A DNA stretch of 64,000 bases, taken from the NCBI RefSeq assembly GCF_018350175.1, contig NC_058382.1:52702001-52766000 (forward strand), read 5' to 3'. This stretch comes from Felis catus. Its lineage: Eukaryota. This document shows positions 61,923 through 64,000 of this stretch, in pieces. The notes under the pieces were generated by a model. It was not told where the DNA came from. It was given only the letters and a program-made list of their open reading frames with translations, and did no database searches. Position 1 is the stretch's first letter; the number at the start of each line of letters is the position of its first letter. A program made the position numbers and the translations under genes.

Positions 61923-62575
61923 TGTGGTGGGCAGACGTTTGGCCCTGTGATCTTCCCCCTGTGGTGTTACTCTCCTGGTTATGCTGCATGACAAAAGGGC
62001 CTTTGCGGGTGTAATTAAGGTAACTCATCGGGTGACTTTAAAATGGGGAGATTCCTGTGGCTTCTCAGGGTGGGTCCCATGGAATCACAGGTGCCCCTCA
62101 GAGCAGAAGAGGGAGCAGAGGAGGGAGGGAATCAGAGAGAGGTGGCCAGAGGAGAGGCAGAACGATGACAGAGGACGAGGGTTCCGTGTTCGGTTCCTGA
62201 CTTTGAAGATAGAGGGGACTGAGGGGACTGTGTGCTGAGAAAGATGGGCGGCTTCTAGACGCTGAGAGCTAGCTCTGGCCGGCAGCCAGAAGGAGATGGG
62301 GGGCTCAGTCCCACAGCTGCGTGGGACAGGGGGACCTCAGTTCTACAACCACGTGGGACTGAATTCTGCCAATGCCTTGAGTGATGCTGGGAGCAGATTC
62401 TTTGCCAGAGCCTCTAGGCAGGAGCCACAAAGTCTGACACCTGGGCCAGGTGACCCCGTGGCCTTGTGAGCCCCACCGTGTCTGGACTTCGGACCCGTGG
62501 CAACGGTGAGATATATAAACAACACCCCCCCTTGTTGAAGCCGGCAGCCTGGCCACTTGCGGTGACCACGAACAA
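61923..62575 (+). mobile_element. MLT1D/E-type MaLR solo LTR
   Basis: TGTGGTGGGCAGA...AAAAGGGCCTTTGCGGGTGTAATTAAGG...CTCAGTTCTACAACCAC...GAATTCTGCCAA...GCAGATTCTTTGCCAGAGCCTC. Confidence 0.85.
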
Positions 62576-63119
62576 AACTCCTGCATTCCCCGGGGCCTTT
62601 CGTGGGGGGCAGGTCTTGCCCAGCTCGCAGTCCCTTGAGCTCCTTGCCAAGTACCTCTGCCCCTTTCGCCCATTTTCCCTCCCTAGAGAATCAGCTCGCC
62701 TCATTCAGTAGAATTGCTTTTGTTGGATTATGAGTGCGTCCAGAGGCATACTCAGCCTAATTATTGCCTTTGACTAACCCCAACACATAATGTTGTATGT
62801 CATGCTGTACTACCTTTAATTTCACAGATGAACACGTTTCTATTCTTTAATCCCCTCTCCAAGTCTCGTGTTAACTCCATCTGGACGAGGCACTGAGGTG
62901 TGTGTATGGCTTCCTCCAGGCTGAATGCCACAGCTGCCCTAGGTTCACCCTACGGGGCCAGGGCAACAGGGAAGAGGTTTTCCTCTTGAGTGACGAAAGC
63001 CTTATTATGTGGAGTTCATCGTGCTGGCCTGAGAGGTCTCGCTCCGAGATTCCACATGCCACCCCACGTCTGTATAGCCGTCTGTCTCGGGGACTTACCG
63101 TCTTAATAGCAACAGCACT

Positions 63120-63320
63120 GCTTCCTTAGTGTCTAACATGTGCCCATCAAGGGGTGTGCTGGGGGCTTTTCATGCATTATTTAACTTCACGATAGCACTC
63201 CCATTTGGCAGGTGAGAGGGCCAAGGCTTGTAGGCTTTCCAGGGCGATGTCGCTCTAAGCTTAGTCCAGCAGTTCAACCCAGGCGATGACACCAGAGTCT
63301 ATGTCCTTAACTATGGAATA
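63120..63320 (-). mobile_element. MIR fragment
   Basis: CTTTTCATGCATTATTTAACTTCAC...CCCATTTGGCAGGTGAG...TTCAACCCAGGC. Confidence 0.5.
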
Positions 63321-63475
63321 CTGCGTATGTTTGCAGGTTGTGGTTTTGGTTAAAAAGAAGAGAATGGCCCCAATCATTTCATCTTGATAGATTACAGATT
63401 GTCTCATCCATCCTTTTCCAATACTCCCTCCCTGTCTTTGAGGGATTGTGTAGTCTCCAGCCCAGATGCACTACA

Positions 63476-63477
<2 letters not shown>

Positions 63478-63525
<48 letters not shown>

Positions 63526-63544
63526 ACGCGCGCGCGCGCGCATG
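63478..63544. repeat. (TG)n-CA-(CG)7 alternating purine-pyrimidine tract
   Basis: Direct reading. Confidence 0.95.
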
Positions 63545-64000
63545 ATGGGTGGGGTGGGGGAGTTAGTCATTGGTTATTTCCTTGAGGAAAAGGGAAGAGA
63601 AAAGCGCACCACTTTTCAGTGTTCCAGCCAGAGCACAGTGGCATGCCATTGTTCCAAGAGGAAGGGGCTTGTTTGTTTTATCAGCTCCTGATGAAATAGG
63701 ATATTGGGTTGGAAAGCTAAGTTATAGCAGGTGCACTTGAATTTGAGAAGGAGAGACAAAGCAGAACCCTGGCTCTTCAAGGTCAGTTTTATTTTCCTGT
63801 TCAGGCATAGCACACACACATACCCGTGCACAGGCAGGTTTTTGGCATTGGGATTTGTGGATTTCTAAACTCATGAATGATAAGACTTAAAATGATTGTC
63901 GCTAATGTGGGGTAAAAAGTTGAGCTGAGATCCTGTCTCCTCGGGTTGCATTTTCTGCAAGCATTTGGGTAACAGTTCCTCTTAGATACTTGCAGTTGAG

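Noticed and set aside
1..64000. Naming the host gene or a known miRNA
   Set aside because: I recognise no exon or mature miRNA sequence with confidence; an alignment is needed

Overview
Mammalian nuclear DNA, almost certainly felid (cat family). About 26 tRNA-derived Can-SINE copies are present, several with SINEC_Fc-type heads (GGGGCGCCTGGGTGGCGCAGTCGGTTAAGCGTCCGACTTCAGCCAGG). The window is non-coding, either deep intronic or intergenic. I recognise no multi-exon CDS, rRNA, tRNA or CRISPR. The long ORFs arise from SINEs, microsatellites, L1 remnants or chance. Contents: SINEs (many with readable target-site duplications, TSDs), L1/L2/MIR relics, MaLR/ERV solo LTRs, a MER58A, microsatellites, and several repeat-free AT-rich blocks that resemble regulatory elements. 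Most L1 and LTR relics are on the minus strand, which hints at a plus-strand host gene. Most notable: (1) a head-to-tail SINE trimer with a foreign 19-bp spacer inside one TSD (48094-48849); (2) a candidate 34-nt exon carrying a Kozak ATG (43746-43779); (3) a close tail-to-tail pair of young SINEs; (4) a tail-only retro-insertion; (5) an octamer-motif cluster. Repeat family names come from my recall of consensus sequences, not from a database search, and boundaries of old repeats are approximate. I see no evidence of a wholly new biological system.
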